Assembly: GCF_009914755.1 (NCBI RefSeq)
Contig: NC_060929.1
Reading direction: 5' to 3' (one strand)
DNA: 64,000 nt
Source of the DNA: the human T2T-CHM13v2.0 reference genome, Homo sapiens
Below the pieces are notes generated by a model. It was not told the origin of the DNA. It saw only the letters and a program-made list of their open reading frames with translations, and did no database searches. Positions 50,215 through 64,000 of the stretch are shown one piece after another (position 1 is the first letter of the stretch; each line of letters opens with the position of its first letter). The position numbers and the translations under genes are program-made.

Positions 50215-50740
50215 ATATAGTTTGCTCTCACTGCTGTAACAAATTATCACAAATATAATGGCTTAACACAACACAAACTTATTTCTCACAGTTTCTGTAG
50301 AAGTGCAACATGGGTCTTACCAGGTGGTGGCTGTGCTGGGCTTATAGCTGGAGACTCTGGGAAAGAATCCTCTTCCAAGCTCGTTCAGGTTGCTGGCCCA
50401 GTTCAGTTCTTTGTGGGTAAACTTGCTAGGTGGCAGCTAGGGTCACCCTCAGCTCCTTAGGTTCCTTCTTTGGTCCTTGCACATCATCCAGGAGGCATCA
50501 GATCTTTCTCACGCTTGGAAGATCATGGACTCGGCCTTCTGCGGCATCTGACTCTTCCGCCTTCCTTTTCTGCTTGATTACATCGGGCCCACCTGGATGT
50601 GCTGGGTCGCCTCCCTATTTTAAGGTCAGCTTATTAGTAACCTTAATTCCACCTGCAAAGCCCCTTCCCAGCAGAACCTAAATTTGTGTTTGATTGACCA
50701 AACAGGGAGAAGGGAGAGTATCTTTAGAGTTTTGCCTACA
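50215..50740 (-). mobile_element. MLT1-type MaLR LTR
   Basis: tgctgtaacaaattatcacaa...ggcttaacacaacacaaacttatttctcacagtt...ttagagttttgcctac. Confidence 0.7.
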
Positions 50741-52537
50741 GCAAAGGCCACTGTGTGAGCACATCCCTGAAGGTGTGCAGGGCAGCTGCCATCACTCACC
50801 TCTCAGCCCATTCACTAGACAGATGCCCTGTCAAGGTCATGGTCCTTTTAAGGCTGAAGGTTTGCTGCCCCTACTGCGGCTGTCTTGGGAAAGAACTGGT
50901 TCTGTTCTGAACCATGCTGGGATAGAACCTCTAGAAGGCAAGGTCCCGTCTACCTCAACACACACACAAGCCATTTCCTCTCTGGGGTCTCCCAGGGCTC
51001 TTTCTAGGTTGCAGGAAACAGGACGATCTGCCCCCTGTTTCCGACCTGTACCCCCACCTCTGCACTGTCATTGCTTTCCTTCTTCCCCACACCACCAAGG
51101 AAATCACCTTCTCATCAAACCTCCCATATGCCAAATATTTTGGCTAGATCTGGAGTCCTGTACACTCTGGAGTGGCTTTGGGCTTTTTGAATCCCAGGTC
51201 CAGTCCTGCTTTCCTGTCTGTCACATTCCACAGCTGAGGCAATGAGCCAGGAAGTCACCTGCTTGGAAGTTGGAGGGGGACAGGGAGTTGGAGAATGGCA
51301 AAGTGGGGTTAATACTGCAAACCTGTTTTCCTGCCACTCTCCTGACATGCTCTGTTCTTTAAAATGCCCTTGGCACCTGGTCCATCACAGGCCGCATCCT
51401 TAGCAACTAAGTTGGAAGAAATGGGGCTCTTTGGCCAGCAATGTCTTCCCGCCATGGGCTATACCTGCAGGTGCCGGGTGAGGAGGACTGCGGGCAGCTC
51501 TGAAGCCTCCACTTTTCCTTATGGGTTTTTTGTTCACTCTCCAGGGCCTAATTCAGATGTCACCTCCCCTGTGCGGCTTCTCCAACCCTTCAGATAGATG
51601 TGATCACTCCCTCCCCTGAGCCCCAGAACACTTTGTCCAATTTCCTGCACCCTCTGAGAGCGTGGCACAGGCCCCCTCCACTGTGTAACAACTCACAGCC
51701 CCTCCCTGCATCAGAAGCCCACCCCCTTCCTCCGGGGTGCCTCTTCTTTCTAGTCATAGTGTCTTCCCTCAGTAGTCTATCCCTCTGGGGACTCTGAATA
51801 TCTTCCCTTCCCCCTCAGCAATCCCTAGCACACTTGCAGCTGTGAGGGCTGCACCTGAGGACAGAGCAGGGGCGGGAACCCCAGTCTTAGAGGCTGTTGT
51901 CATCAAAGTTCAAATGGAAGATCCTCTGAGAAGGATCTGCAGGGAGACCAATTGCCACCCCTAGGGAAGGCCGGGCTTCTGTGGTATCTCAAGCCCTGGG
52001 ACCTAGAGGCAGCTTCCCGTAGGGAGCAGCCAGAAGGCCCTTTCCCTACCCCCTCACCACCCAGAGAGGCCTCCCTGGGATGCCCTCCCCTGAACCCTAG
52101 AGCTTCATGGGGATTGCTATGTTTGCACTGTGATGTCATTTCAAGGTCATGGTGATATGCGCTACAGCTGAGCAAGATTGTTCCCAGCATCAGATTGGAA
52201 GTTGAAAGAAAGGCTAAGTCACAAGAACCCAAGAGCTGGGTGAATGCACAGCTGTGCCCTAGGCCCACCAGCAAGGACCACATTTATTAGGCTCAGCCTC
52301 CCACACAAACGGTGCCAGAAAGTCTAAGAGAAGAAGGGGAACAGAGGAAGGGAGGGAAAGTCCTTTAAATCAACATGGTTTCATTGAGCTTCTGCACCAT
52401 GCAGGGGCCTGTGGGATTGAGAAGGAGAATATAATCCTAGTCCTTGCTCTCAGGAAGCTTATCATCTGTGTAGAGCCCAAGAGTGAGCAGCTGGGTGAAC
52501 AAGAAGTGGTGCAAGGGGGAAGAGTTACCACAGATGG

Positions 52538-53292
52538 TATAACAGTTTGCTCAGGCTGCCTGAAACAACAGAAAGTTACTGTCTTTACAGTTCTGGAGAA
52601 CTGGCCTAGGAAATCAAGATGGCGGCAGAGCTGGTTTCTTCTGAGGGTTGTGAGGGGTCTGCTCCAGGCCTCCCTCGGCTTGTGGATGTCCATCTTCTCC
52701 CTGTGTCTCTTTACATCATCTTCCCTCTATGCATGTCTGTCTTTTCGCCCACATATCCCCCTTTTAAGGACACCAGTCATATCGGATGAGGGCCCATCCT
52801 AATGACCTCATTTTAACTTTTTTACCTCTATAATGACCCTGTTTTCAAATATAATCACACTCTGACATACTAGGGGTTAGGGCTTGACATGGTTTGGCTG
52901 TGTCCTCACCCAAATTTCATCTTGAGTTGTAGCTCCTGTAATTCCCACATGTCATGGGAGGAACCCAGTGGGAGGTTGTTGAATCAGGGTGGGTGAGTCC
53001 TTCCTGTGCTGTTCTCGTGATAGTGAATAAATCTCATGAGATCTGATGGTTTTATAAATGGGAGTTCCCCTGCACACATTTTCTATCTTGCCTGCTGCCA
53101 TGTAAGACGTTCCTTTCACCTTCCACCAAGATTGTGAGGCCTCCCCAGCCACGTGGAACTGTGAGTCCATTAAACCTCTTTTTCTTTATAAGTAACCTAG
53201 TCTGGGGTATGTCTTTATCAGCAGTGTGAAAATGAACTAATACAGGGCTCCAACATACCTTTTTTAGAGGGACACAATTCAACCCACAACAG
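52538..53292 (-). mobile_element. MLT1 LTR interrupted by a THE1
   Basis: acagttctggag...taatgacctcattttaac...ggggttagggct [THE1] ccaacatacc...ggacacaattcaacccacaaca. Confidence 0.75.
52885..53244 (+). mobile_element. THE1 solo LTR
   Basis: tgacatggtttggctgtgtc...aactaataca; 5-bp TSD gggct. Confidence 0.92.
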
Positions 53293-53319
53293 TGGCTTTG
53301 GGGAGAAAGGAAGACTTGA

Positions 53320-53671
<352 letters not shown>

Positions 53672-54044
53672 AGAATTTCCTCATCTAAAAGGGCAGGTTC
53701 CCAGGCAGAGGTAAACACTGGGAGGTTTTATACTTTGTGATTACTGAATAATTCCTCAAGGATGTTTTTCTAGATTTGAGGAACATCTTCAGGGACAGAA
53801 GATGCCACATTGGGCAGGGCTTCTTCATGCAGGCCCCAACCACAGGGGCAACAGAATCCTGGTCCCTGGGAGACTGTGCCCAGCCATGAGCATCAGCTGA
53901 AGCCACAACCTCAAACATTCCTACCAAAAGGGAAGCTAGCTGCTGGGATCCACATGAGGGCAAAGTGGAGATGAATTCAGAGGGCAAGAAGCAGCCAGTA
54001 GGGCAAGAGGGAGAGAGGACCTTTCTTCCTGACCCACCCCACAC

Positions 54045-54930
54045 ATACAATGGACTAAATATTTGTGTCCCCTTAAAATTCATGAGTTGAAATCCTAAAC
54101 CCCAAAGTGATGGCATAAGGAGGTGGGAATTTTGAAGGGTAATTCAGTCATGAGGGCAGAGCCGTCATGATTAGGATTTAGTGACCACAGAGAGCTAGCT
54201 CACCCACTCTACCATGATAGGACACAGCAAGAAGGTTCCATCTATGAACCAGAAACTGGGCCTGGCCAGACACTGAATCTTCCTGCACCTTGATCTTGGA
54301 CTTCCCAGACTCCAGAACTGTGAGAAATAAATTTCTGTTGTTTCTAAGACACCAGTGTATGGTATTTTTGTTTTAGCAGCCCAGACAGACTAAGACAACA
54401 CACAAACAGGAAAAATCAGATACCTCCTGCTGCCTAGCTAGATGGCTTAAGAGTCCAGGACATAGACAGAGGTAGGGGCAAGAAGGCTGCTGGGCCTGGG
54501 CTTTACGTTCAAGAAAGGACTTTTAGACTTTTGATGTTATTTCCAACTGATGTTTGTTATGGGCCAAGTTGTGTCCCTCCAAAATTCATATGTTGAAGTC
54601 CTAACCCCCAGCAACTCAGAATCTGACTGAATTTGGAGGATAGGGTTAAGACGTCAGTCAGTTAAAAAGAGGTTGTGAGGGTAGGTCTTAATCCAATAAG
54701 GGTGTCTCTATAAGAAGAGGAAAATTGGCACAGACACACACAGAGAGAAGACCACATGAACACACAAGGAGAAGATGGCATCTGCAAGCCAAGGAGACAG
54801 GCCTCAGAAACCAACCCTGCCAACACCTTGATCCCTGACTTCCAGCCTCCAGGACTGCAAGACAATAAATGTCTGTTTAAGCCACTGGTCCTGCAGTAGT
54901 TTGTTATGGCAGCCCTAGCAAACTAGTATA
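54045..54930 (+). mobile_element. Two MLT1 LTRs (~54045-54397, ~54555-54930)
   Basis: tgtgtccc...aaattcat..gttgaa.tcctaa...cttccagcctccag...gcagccc...actaagaca. Confidence 0.8.
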
Positions 54931-55037
54931 AAGTTCTATCCATATGCCCCTGGGATGTGTTTCTAAGCATTCATTTTTAAAATGTAACATTTCTTAAAAA
55001 TATACTGTAACATTTTAACTTGTTTTGGCATTTCTGC

Positions 55038-55350
<313 letters not shown>

Positions 55351-55454
55351 TAATACCTTGGGAACAACCACCACCCCTCAAAATGACAGTGGCTCATCTT
55401 TGTCAATTATACCTTAATAAAGCTGGAGGAAAATTAATAAAATGGACTACAAAA

Positions 55455-55490
55455 GAAGAAGAAGAAGAAGAAGAAGAAAAGAAAAGAAAG
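55455..55490 (+). repeat. (GAA)n/(GAAAA)n simple repeat
   Basis: gaagaagaagaagaagaagaagaaaagaaaagaaag. Confidence 0.9.
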
Positions 55491-56999
55491 TAGCCCAAGT
55501 TCTCTGTACCTCCCAGATGCCCCAGTGAAGGGCCTCAGCTGTGATGAGAAAACCCAGCAGCCCAATTCCTGGCAACTCTCCTGGGATCTGGAATGATGGT
55601 GTGCCTGGGCACAGCCTTCCTATCTGGCCCGAGAGCCAGCTGGCACCATTGGAGTGAGGAGAGGGCTCTGAGCTTTCCCAGTAGGCTGGCAACCTCCCAG
55701 GCTCCCTCCCCCAGCCCCTATAAAACCATCTGGAAAATGAAAATAATACCTTCTGCTTCCTACCAAGCTCCAGGGACCCTGTGAGGAACAGGGAGATACT
55801 ATCCCCATACCCCACACATTCCTGGAGGAGGTTGCCCTGGAATAAGCTATTGCCCCGCCTCTTTCACCCCAAGTGGCAGAAACGAGGGCCACTCAGTGCT
55901 CTGTCCAGCTGCTCTTGCTTCCCCTCAGGAGCCACTTCTGCTTCCATCCCACCTGATTGGAGTGGGCTTCCCACAGGCCCCCGCTCCGCAGCTCCTCAGT
56001 GCTCTCCTCCTCCTCCCTGCTCCCCCGAGCCCAGCCCAGTCTGAGGTCCATCCCCCTGTGAGGGGAGCTGAGCAGTGCTGCAAACTCAGTGCTCCTGAGT
56101 ACCCTGGGGATTTGCTGAACTGCACATTCTCATTCTGTAAACCGGAGCTGAGCCTCTGCACGTCTAACCTGCTCCCTGGCAATGCTGCTGTTACTGAGCA
56201 GAGTGGAAAAGTGCTAGACAATACATTGGGGGGAAATTTCAGTCTCAAATGCATTGGAGCAGAAACCAGAACTCCCTGTCAAGCTGCTCTGTGGGTTTTT
56301 GAAGCGAAGTGTGTTGCTCTTCACTGGCTGCTCTGAGCTGCTCAGAGCGGGGGACAGAAGCTGGGTCTACCCGAGCATCTGTCCAGCCACATCCCCTCAC
56401 TCTTCAGGGTGGCACTGGGCACACAGCCCCAGAGTCAAGGTGGCATTTAGCTGGGCCTTCAGTCCGGCACCAGCAAGTGCTCTTTAACTTGGGGTCCTTG
56501 GAGTCCATAGGTGGGCACAGCTCAATTTGGGGATGTACCTGAGAAAAATGCTTCCCAGATGGGCTTCTCTGCCCCATCCCTCTCTCCACCGGGCCTGGCC
56601 AGACCCCAGGGTGAATTGTTCTAATTCCTTGCACTTTTTCCTGGCAGGGTCTCCAGGCTCATGAAATCTGCCTCTTGCCAAAGGCAGAGGATCCACTGGC
56701 AGCAGGGAGCACTGGCTGCAGTCAGGCAGGTGCAATCATTTTTTAATGACATCTTTTCCCCCTTATCAAAATTGTGCAATTCACTTTAGAATATTTAGAA
56801 AATATTGGAAAATGTAAAGAAGGAAGTAATCCTGCAATCCTACAACTCAGAAATGATGTTTCAGCACTTTGGAAAATATCCTTCCAATCTTTCACATGCA
56901 CAGGTGTGGTCTGTATACGGCACTGGAGATCCCCAGCACCAAAAAGTTAACACTGTAGGAAAACTATTTATCCATGTCAGTTATTCTTTGAAAGTATGA

Positions 57000-58822
<1,823 letters not shown>

Positions 58823-59348
58823 AGTATGATTTTTTTAATAGCTGCATAATAGTCTCCCCTATGGATATTTTTATTGTTTACTTAATGCTTGCCCTATTTG
58901 GGGCCATTGAAGTTGTTTAATTCTTTTTCCAATATAAATAATTTTATTCTGGCCATGTTTTTATTGAAATCTCTAACCCTATAATCTCTTTTTTTCCTTA
59001 GAATAGGTTTCCAGGATTGGGATATTGGAACAAAAGGTTAAATATTCTTAAAGTTCCTGATAGATGTTGTTGAATTGTTTCCAGAAAGCTTCAACAAATT
59101 CATCCCCTCTAGCCATAGTGCCTGTTTCAAGAAATGATCAGCATTGTCCATTATCTTCTTTTATTTTTTCCCAATTTGGTAGGTAAAACTAGTATCATTT
59201 CTAGTCTGCATTCTGCTTGACTCTCGTGTGGCTGAACATTTTTTTCTGAGTGGCATAGCCATTCATGTTTCTTCTGTGACGGGTCTGGACACATCCTCAG
59301 TGCTCTCATTTTCAGGAGAGCAAGGATGGGGAACGAGGGGATATGCAT

Positions 59349-59702
59349 TGTATTAGTTTGTTTTCATGCTGCTGATAAAGACATACCAGAGACTGGGAAG
59401 AAAAAGAGGTTTAATTGGACTTACAGTTCCACATGGCTGGGGAGGCCTCAGAATCATGGCAGGAGGTGAAAGGCACTTCTTACATGGCAGCAGCAAGAGA
59501 AAAAGAGGGAGAAGCAAAAGCAGAAAACCCTGATAAACCCATCAGCTCTCATGAGACTTATTCACTATCACAAGAATAGCACGAGAAAGACCGGCCCCCA
59601 TGATTCAATTACCTCACCCTGGCCCCCTCCCACAACATGTGGGAATTCTGGGAGATACAATTCAAGTTGAGATTTGGGTGGGGACACAGCCAAACTATAT
59701 CA
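59349..59702 (-). mobile_element. THE1 (C/D-like) solo LTR
   Basis: tgtattagt...cagccaaactatatca; exact 5-bp TSD tgcat. Confidence 0.93.
59454..59487 (-). CDS. SERINC5: Putative alternative terminal coding exon of SERINC5 (short isoforms), derived from a THE1 LTR
   Basis: Minus strand: polypyrimidine tract ttttctgcttttgcttctccctctttttctcttgctgc then tg|C CAT GTA AG|A AGT GCC TTT CAC CTC CTG CCA TGA = HVRSAFHLLP* or (K)SAFHLLP*. Matches my recollection of the ~423 and ~420 aa SERINC5 C-termini; upstream exons are outside the window. Confidence 0.7.
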
Positions 59703-60006
59703 TGCATCACCACCTGATGGCACCCACCCATAACCTCTGCCATGCTGTGTGCCCCCCCACCCATGCCTGTGGGCGAGGCTCCCCAGGCCTGGTGCCTTTG
59801 CTGCCAGACTCTGGGTACTTCCATTCACACTCCCATCTCTGGGTGTCCTCAAGATAACCCGATGTTCCCAGGATCCTTCCCTCAATTAACAATGACCTGC
59901 CCTAGCCCCATTTCTTCAGCACCGTCTCCATGCTAAGTTACAAGGAGTGGGCCCAAACAAACAACTGAAAGCTAAACGTCTTCACCTAACCAAAATGTTG
60001 GCCGTC

Positions 60007-60680
60007 TGTATTAGTCTGTTTTCATACTGCTATAAAGACTACCTGAGACTGGGTAATTTATAAAGAAAGGAGGTTTAATTGACTCACAGTTCTGCATGGC
60101 TGGGGAGGCCTCAGGAAACTTACAATCATGGCAGAAGGTGAAGGGGAAGCAAGGCACATCTTACAAGGCAGCAGAAGAGAAAGAGCATGTAGAAGAAACT
60201 GCCACTCTTAAATCATCAGATCACGGCTGGGTGCAGTGGCTCACACCTATAATCCCAGCACTTTGGGAGGTTGAGGCAGGCAGATCACTTGAGGTCAGGA
60301 GTTCGAGACCAGCCTGGCCAACATGGTAAAACCCCATCACCACTAAAAATACAAAAATTAGCTCACCATGGTGGCACATGCCTGTAACCCCAGCTACTTG
60401 GGAGGCTGAGGCAAGAGAATCGCTTGACATCTGGGAGGTGGAGGTTGCAGTGAGCCAAGATCATGCCACTGTACTCCAGCCTGGGCAACAGAGTGGGACT
60501 CCATCTCAAAAAAAAAAAAAAAAAAGGTCAGATCTTGTGAGAACTCCCTCACCATCACAAGAACAGCATTGGGGAAACCGCCTTCATGATCCAATCACTC
60601 CCACCAGGTCCCTCCCACAACATGGGGGGATTACAATTTGAGATGAGATTTGGGTGGGGACACAGGGCCAAACCATATCA
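60007..60680 (-). mobile_element. MSTA/THE1-type LTR with an AluS (+, ~60225-60525) inserted
   Basis: tgtattagtc...aaaccatatca; Alu flanked by repeated tcagatc. Confidence 0.88.
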
Positions 60681-62685
60681 CCACCCACAAAAGCTTTTTG
60701 ACAAATAACTCTGACTAGGAATTGTAAGAAATGTTTTTAAATGAGTAAGGTGGAAGCAAACATTATTCCCATTTTATAGACAAGAAATGTGTGTCTCTGG
60801 ATCTGTGACACTCCATAAACCAGGGAAAAGGCAGAGACAATGACTGATTTTCTGCCGCCCAATCCAGTTGCCCAACCCTCCTGGCTCAATGCCAGGACTT
60901 CCCTGTCTTTGATTAGGGAAAGTGGAGCCACCCACTCCCTACATGCAACTGTTACACACCCAGTGTCCCAGAAATGACATTCAACTTCACTATAGCGACT
61001 GCTTTTACTGACATCATTTTTAGCAGACGTTTTACTATAAAAATGGGTGGGGAGAAATAAAGCAGATAAACTGCTGCCAAGGACCATCACTGCTAGGGTG
61101 AAACTGGGGGCACACGGTATAGCTCAAATGCACCCCAGGTCCAGCCCAAGCCTTGCTCAAAACCCACCCAGGAACCAGACCTATCATCCAAGGTTGTCTC
61201 TCCAATGACCTTAGCAGGTTCAGAATAACCCTCTAATATTCCTCATTTACTGTAGTTGCTTATTATGAACCCACCAACTATTAATTCAATCTTTTTTGAA
61301 TTCTCAGTTTTCAGTATATTTCTCTTCAGGCTGTGGTACATATCACAACATATAGTAATTATTTGCTATTTTCTGCTTCCCTGTCTAGACTTTGAGTAAG
61401 TTGAGGGTAGAATTTGTTCTATTTCATAATCTTAGAATTTGACAAATAGCAGGTATTCTTAACCATAATTTTGTTGAAGGAAGGAATCAATGAATAAAAA
61501 TTTCCTGAGTTTACTGTTTACTGCAAAAAGACTGTATGCTGTTTTACGTTTTCTTCTTTTAAGGTCTAACATCAATATGTTGATGTTTGGTAAATATAAT
61601 TTCAATCCCAGTTGCATCTCTGAGTCCAGGCAAGAGTACTACAAAAAGTATAAATAGAGGTCAAGTGCAGTTGCCCTCTGCAAGCAAGACCACTTAGAAC
61701 TCTTCAATGGCTCTTTGACAAACCTTCAGTGGGATTTCTGTCAAAGCTGACAATGGATAAAATTATAGAAAGGAGGGAAAGCCTTGATAAGGAGTCCTTA
61801 ATGAGTTCGTCACTAAGTTAATTCAACATTGAAAGGGATAGAAGATGTTAATTCCACACACACGTGAAAGAAATCAACAATCAGGCCTCATCTGAGAGAA
61901 CCATGATGGGGAAGGCTGGGGCTGATGGATGAGGGGTGTGAGGCAGGGCAGAAAGCCTCCACGTTGCTGCAGCAATGCAAAAATAGGCACCTTGCCGTAG
62001 GCCTCTCTGGCACTCCATCTTGTCTCTCTTCCCTGGAGAAAAGGCAAGCTGTATTCAATCATCTTTTCAATGCTAAAACCAGGCTTTCCTGTCGGAGTTG
62101 GGGCCAGAGATGTTTCCATCCCCTCTTGCAAAAAGGGTATTCTTAAGAGGCCTTAAGTCTTCAGCATTGATAGTTTCTGGGAACAAAATAGAAATCAAAA
62201 TCTCACCTTGTGTTCCCTTCCTCTTCCTGGACAGAGAATGGGACAGGCCCAGGCCATCCAGATCACTATGAACCTTATCAGAAACTTCAGTCCATTTTCT
62301 CCGTTCCCTTCCCTGGGACTTGCATGCTATAATCTCCATACCCCTCCTTCCCCACTCTCCAGGCTTAGTGGGTGAGGCAGAGAGTGAGAGCCAGGCTTAC
62401 CTGCCTTTTCTCCTCAGTGGGAAGAAGCTCAGTAACTGAGCTCAGACGCTAGTGGCATACCTACCAAGAGGATGACATAAATGCCTCCTGTGGCCCTGAG
62501 ATAGGCAGAGCTCTGCTGGCAGCCCAACCATATGTTCACTCGTTCATTAACAAACATCCACAGAGGCAGGCTGCTCTGGCCTGGAGGGGGATGTCCTACA
62601 CTAGACGACTCAGGTTCATAGAGCCAGGCCTCATTCCACCCCCACTGGCTCAAGTGACTTTCTGGTGACCAGAAACTGGAGAGCT

Positions 62686-62984
62686 CTTTTTTTTTTTTTT
62701 AGACGGGGTCTTGCTCTCTCGCCCAGGCTGGAGTATACTGACACAATCTCGGCTCACTGCAACCTCTGACTCCCAGGTTCAACTGATTCTCCTGCCTCAG
62801 CCTCCCAAGTAGCTGGGATTACAGGCGAGTGCCACCAGGCCCATCTAATTTTTTGTGTTTTTTAGTAGAGACGGGGTTTCGCCATGTTGGCCAGGCTGGT
62901 CTCAAACTCCCGATCTCAGGCGATCCGCCCGCCTCAGCCTCCCAAAGTGCTGGGATTACAGGTGTGAGCCACCATGCCTGGCCC
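62686..62984 (-). mobile_element. AluS
   Basis: TSD agagctctt. Confidence 0.92.
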
Positions 62985-63470
62985 AGAGCTCTTAACTACA
63001 ATGACTATATGCAGAAGAACAAACTAACACGGAAGATGGCTAGGAACTGCGTAAGCCAAGACTCTGCAGTAAGACACACTTGAGTTCTGGTCCTCACTCT
63101 GCCGTTTACTCACAGTCCAACTGCAGATGGGACCTCACCTCTCTGAGCCTCAGTTTCCTCATTTGTAAAATAGGCAAATATTGGCACCTACCTCATAGAA
63201 TTAGTGCGAGGCTTAACTGAGGTGATCTAGGCAAAGCACTTAGCTTGGTACCTAGCACATATTAAGTGCTCAATAATAGGTGATGGTGATGATGTAAGTT
63301 GGACACAAGAGAAAAGGACACATACTAACTGATAATCACACAGAGCCACTGACTGGATTTGGTATCTTTCTCTGACATTCAGCTTTTCTTACCATCTGTC
63401 AGCATGCCACACTCCTTCAGCCTTGAATTATATGCTGCCTTGTGGTTTTGCTCTTATAAAACAAATAGAA

Positions 63471-64000
63471 TGTACTAGTCTTCCTGTGGCTACTGAAAAA
63501 AAAAAAAAAAAAGACCACAAACCAGTGATTTACAACACAGAAAGTTACTCTCTCACAGTTCTGAAGACCAGAAGTCTGAAAGTACTATGTTGTCAGGGCT
63601 GTGCTCCCTCCAAAGGATCTAGGGGGTGATCTATTACTTACTTCTTCCAGCTTTGGGTGGCTGTCAGCATGCCTTGGCTTGTAGCTGCACCACTCCAATT
63701 TCTACCTAGTCTTCTTATCATCTCATCTGTGTCTGTTTTCTCCTCAGTGTGTCTCTTATAAAAACACTTGTCATGCCAGACATGGTGGCTCATGCCTGTA
63801 ATCCCAGCATGTTGGGAGGCCGAGGTGGGCAGATCACTTGAGGTCAGGGGTTTGAGACCAGCCTGGTCAACATGGTGAAACCCCATCTCTACTAAAAATA
63901 CAAAAATTAGCCAGGCGTGGTGGCGGGCTCCTGTAATTGCAGCTACTCAGGAGGTGGAGGCAAGAGAATTGCTTGAAACTGGGAGGCGGAGGTTGCAATG
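63471..64000. mobile_element. MLT1 LTR (-, ~63471-63775) followed by AluS (+, 63776 to window end)
   Basis: tgtactagtcttcctgtggct...ctctcacagttctg...; Alu consensus cut by the window edge. Confidence 0.8.

Noticed and set aside
50694-51245. 183-aa ORF
   Set aside because: Non-ATG start in the end of an MLT1 LTR; composition typical of chance GC-rich ORFs
52615-52626. YY1 consensus CAAGATGGCGGC
   Set aside because: Isolated match inside an MLT1 LTR with no CpG-rich context
59710-59723. CTCF-like CCACCTGATGGCAC
   Set aside because: Mismatch at the conserved A of the core AG; too weak to call
60680-64000. Search for further SERINC5 coding exons on the minus strand
   Set aside because: No SERINC-like transmembrane peptide recognised; region appears intronic and repeat-derived

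Overview
Human (primate) genomic DNA; the locus is recognisable as THBS4/SERINC5 on chr5q14 (locus identity from recall, no database search run). Bases 1-29.1 kb (+ strand) hold 20 coding exons of THBS4 (exons 3-22). All have canonical AG/GT borders and consistent phases, total 2594 nt, and end at TAA 28989-28991 with AATAAA at 29109. Bases 29-64 kb are repeat-rich (more than 30 Alus in the window, MaLR and ERV LTRs, DNA transposons). Top finding: a minus-strand THE1 LTR (59349-59702) encodes the peptide (H-V-R)-S-A-F-H-L-L-P-stop behind a tandem TG/AG acceptor. This matches my recollection of the C-termini of short SERINC5 isoforms. About 2.4 kb further along the minus strand lies an LTR6-like LTR nested inside a HERV-K(HML-2) LTR5, offering a poly(A) signal. 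An antiretroviral gene may therefore have an alternative 3' end built from retroviral LTRs. Other observations: a CpG-rich YY1/CTCF/G4 cluster in THBS4 intron 21, a divergent CTCF pair, a datable ~1.3 kb tandem duplication, a ~120 bp templated copy inside an LTR, and 41 bp and 48 bp tandem repeats. Repeat subfamily names are by eye and many repeat boundaries are approximate.
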